This document shows, piece by piece, positions 37,525-38,299 of a DNA stretch of 38,299 nt. The DNA is from Octopus sinensis. Taxonomy: Eukaryota. The stretch lies in the NCBI RefSeq assembly GCF_006345805.1, contig NW_021835796.1:1-38299 (forward strand), read 5' to 3'. The first letter of the stretch is position 1, and each line of letters opens with the position of its first letter. The notes under the pieces were generated by a model, which was not told the origin of the DNA, ran no database searches, and saw only the letters and a program-made list of their open reading frames with translations. Position numbers and translations under genes: made by a program.

Positions 37525-38159
37525 AACGCATCGCCCTCACCCCTCTTTCATTATGATCTGCTGACGCTCCTCACTTTCTCCCCCTCTCTCACATAAAAGA
37601 GTCACAACGTCGATCGAAGTTTTCTCCGTGGATGGAGAAAACGAAATTTTTTACAATACTAGCAAAACTAAATCGAGGTATCCTCCAAGACTGTGGAACA
37701 ACACACGAAAGGAAACTCATCAGCTGATTGTAATTAACTTGCTTTCTACGGTGGTACAAATTCCCAAACTGGATACAACAGTTATGAATGGTTTTGCTTA
37801 CGAAATTTACAGGCTATCGAGGTCAAACAACAACAACAACACTAGTTGCTTTATATATATGCTACATATATATGTTACATAATCAGAGTCAAACATGGCT
37901 GCGTATCTCCTACGACAACGTGAACGGCGATAATGATTACGACGACGCCTCACTTTGGCATTCCTTTTCTTAGTTTCTCTTTTAATAATAAAAGGATCAA
38001 GAACAATTCTTATACTTATCTTTTTATTTATTTATTCAAACTCATCCTACATCCATCAACACTATATCTTTATTTCGTAAGCATCTTCATGTTTTACTGA
38101 CTCTTCCGCCTGCATGCTCTTCTTCATTCGTTTTCCTTCCACTTATGATATGTTTTCTT

Positions 38160-38299
38160 CTTCTTCTTCTTCTTTTCTTCTTCTTCTTCTTCTTCTTTTC
38201 TTCTATTTCTTCTTCATTCTTCTTCTTCTTTTTCTTCTCTATTTCTTCTTCTTCTTCTTCTTCTTCTTCTTCTTCTTCTTCTATTTCTTCTTCTTCTTC
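38160..38299. repeat. (TTC)n microsatellite
   Basis: Directly visible. Confidence 0.9.

Overview
AT-rich, microsatellite- and transposon-dense animal genomic DNA, most likely an octopus (inferred from the recalled SINE families and repeat landscape, not from a search). The only host gene I can support is a LIM-homeobox gene of the Arrowhead/Lhx6/8 family on the minus strand. A LIM2 exon (20878-21089) and a homeodomain exon (319-692) are phase-compatible across a 20,185-bp intron. I could not find the LIM1 exon in the window. The rest is intronic or upstream DNA holding a decayed Tigger/pogo element, a Tc1 fragment, a Helitron-like 3' end, CR1-like and L1/Tx1-like LINE remnants, and about 25 tRNA-derived SINE pieces. 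The main unexplained structure is a set of eight minimal type I hammerhead-ribozyme motifs plus one half-motif, in short Penelope-like or retrozyme-like inserts. Their helix III is palindromic, as in hammerheads that act as dimers. Their catalytic cores show natural variation: C3:G8, G3:C8 and U3:A8 covariants, plus U4C and A6U variants. One motif lies in a 164-bp insert with an exact 14-bp target-site duplication, and two lie in a near-perfect 137-bp inverted repeat. Almost all ORFs in the supplied track are microsatellite artefacts.
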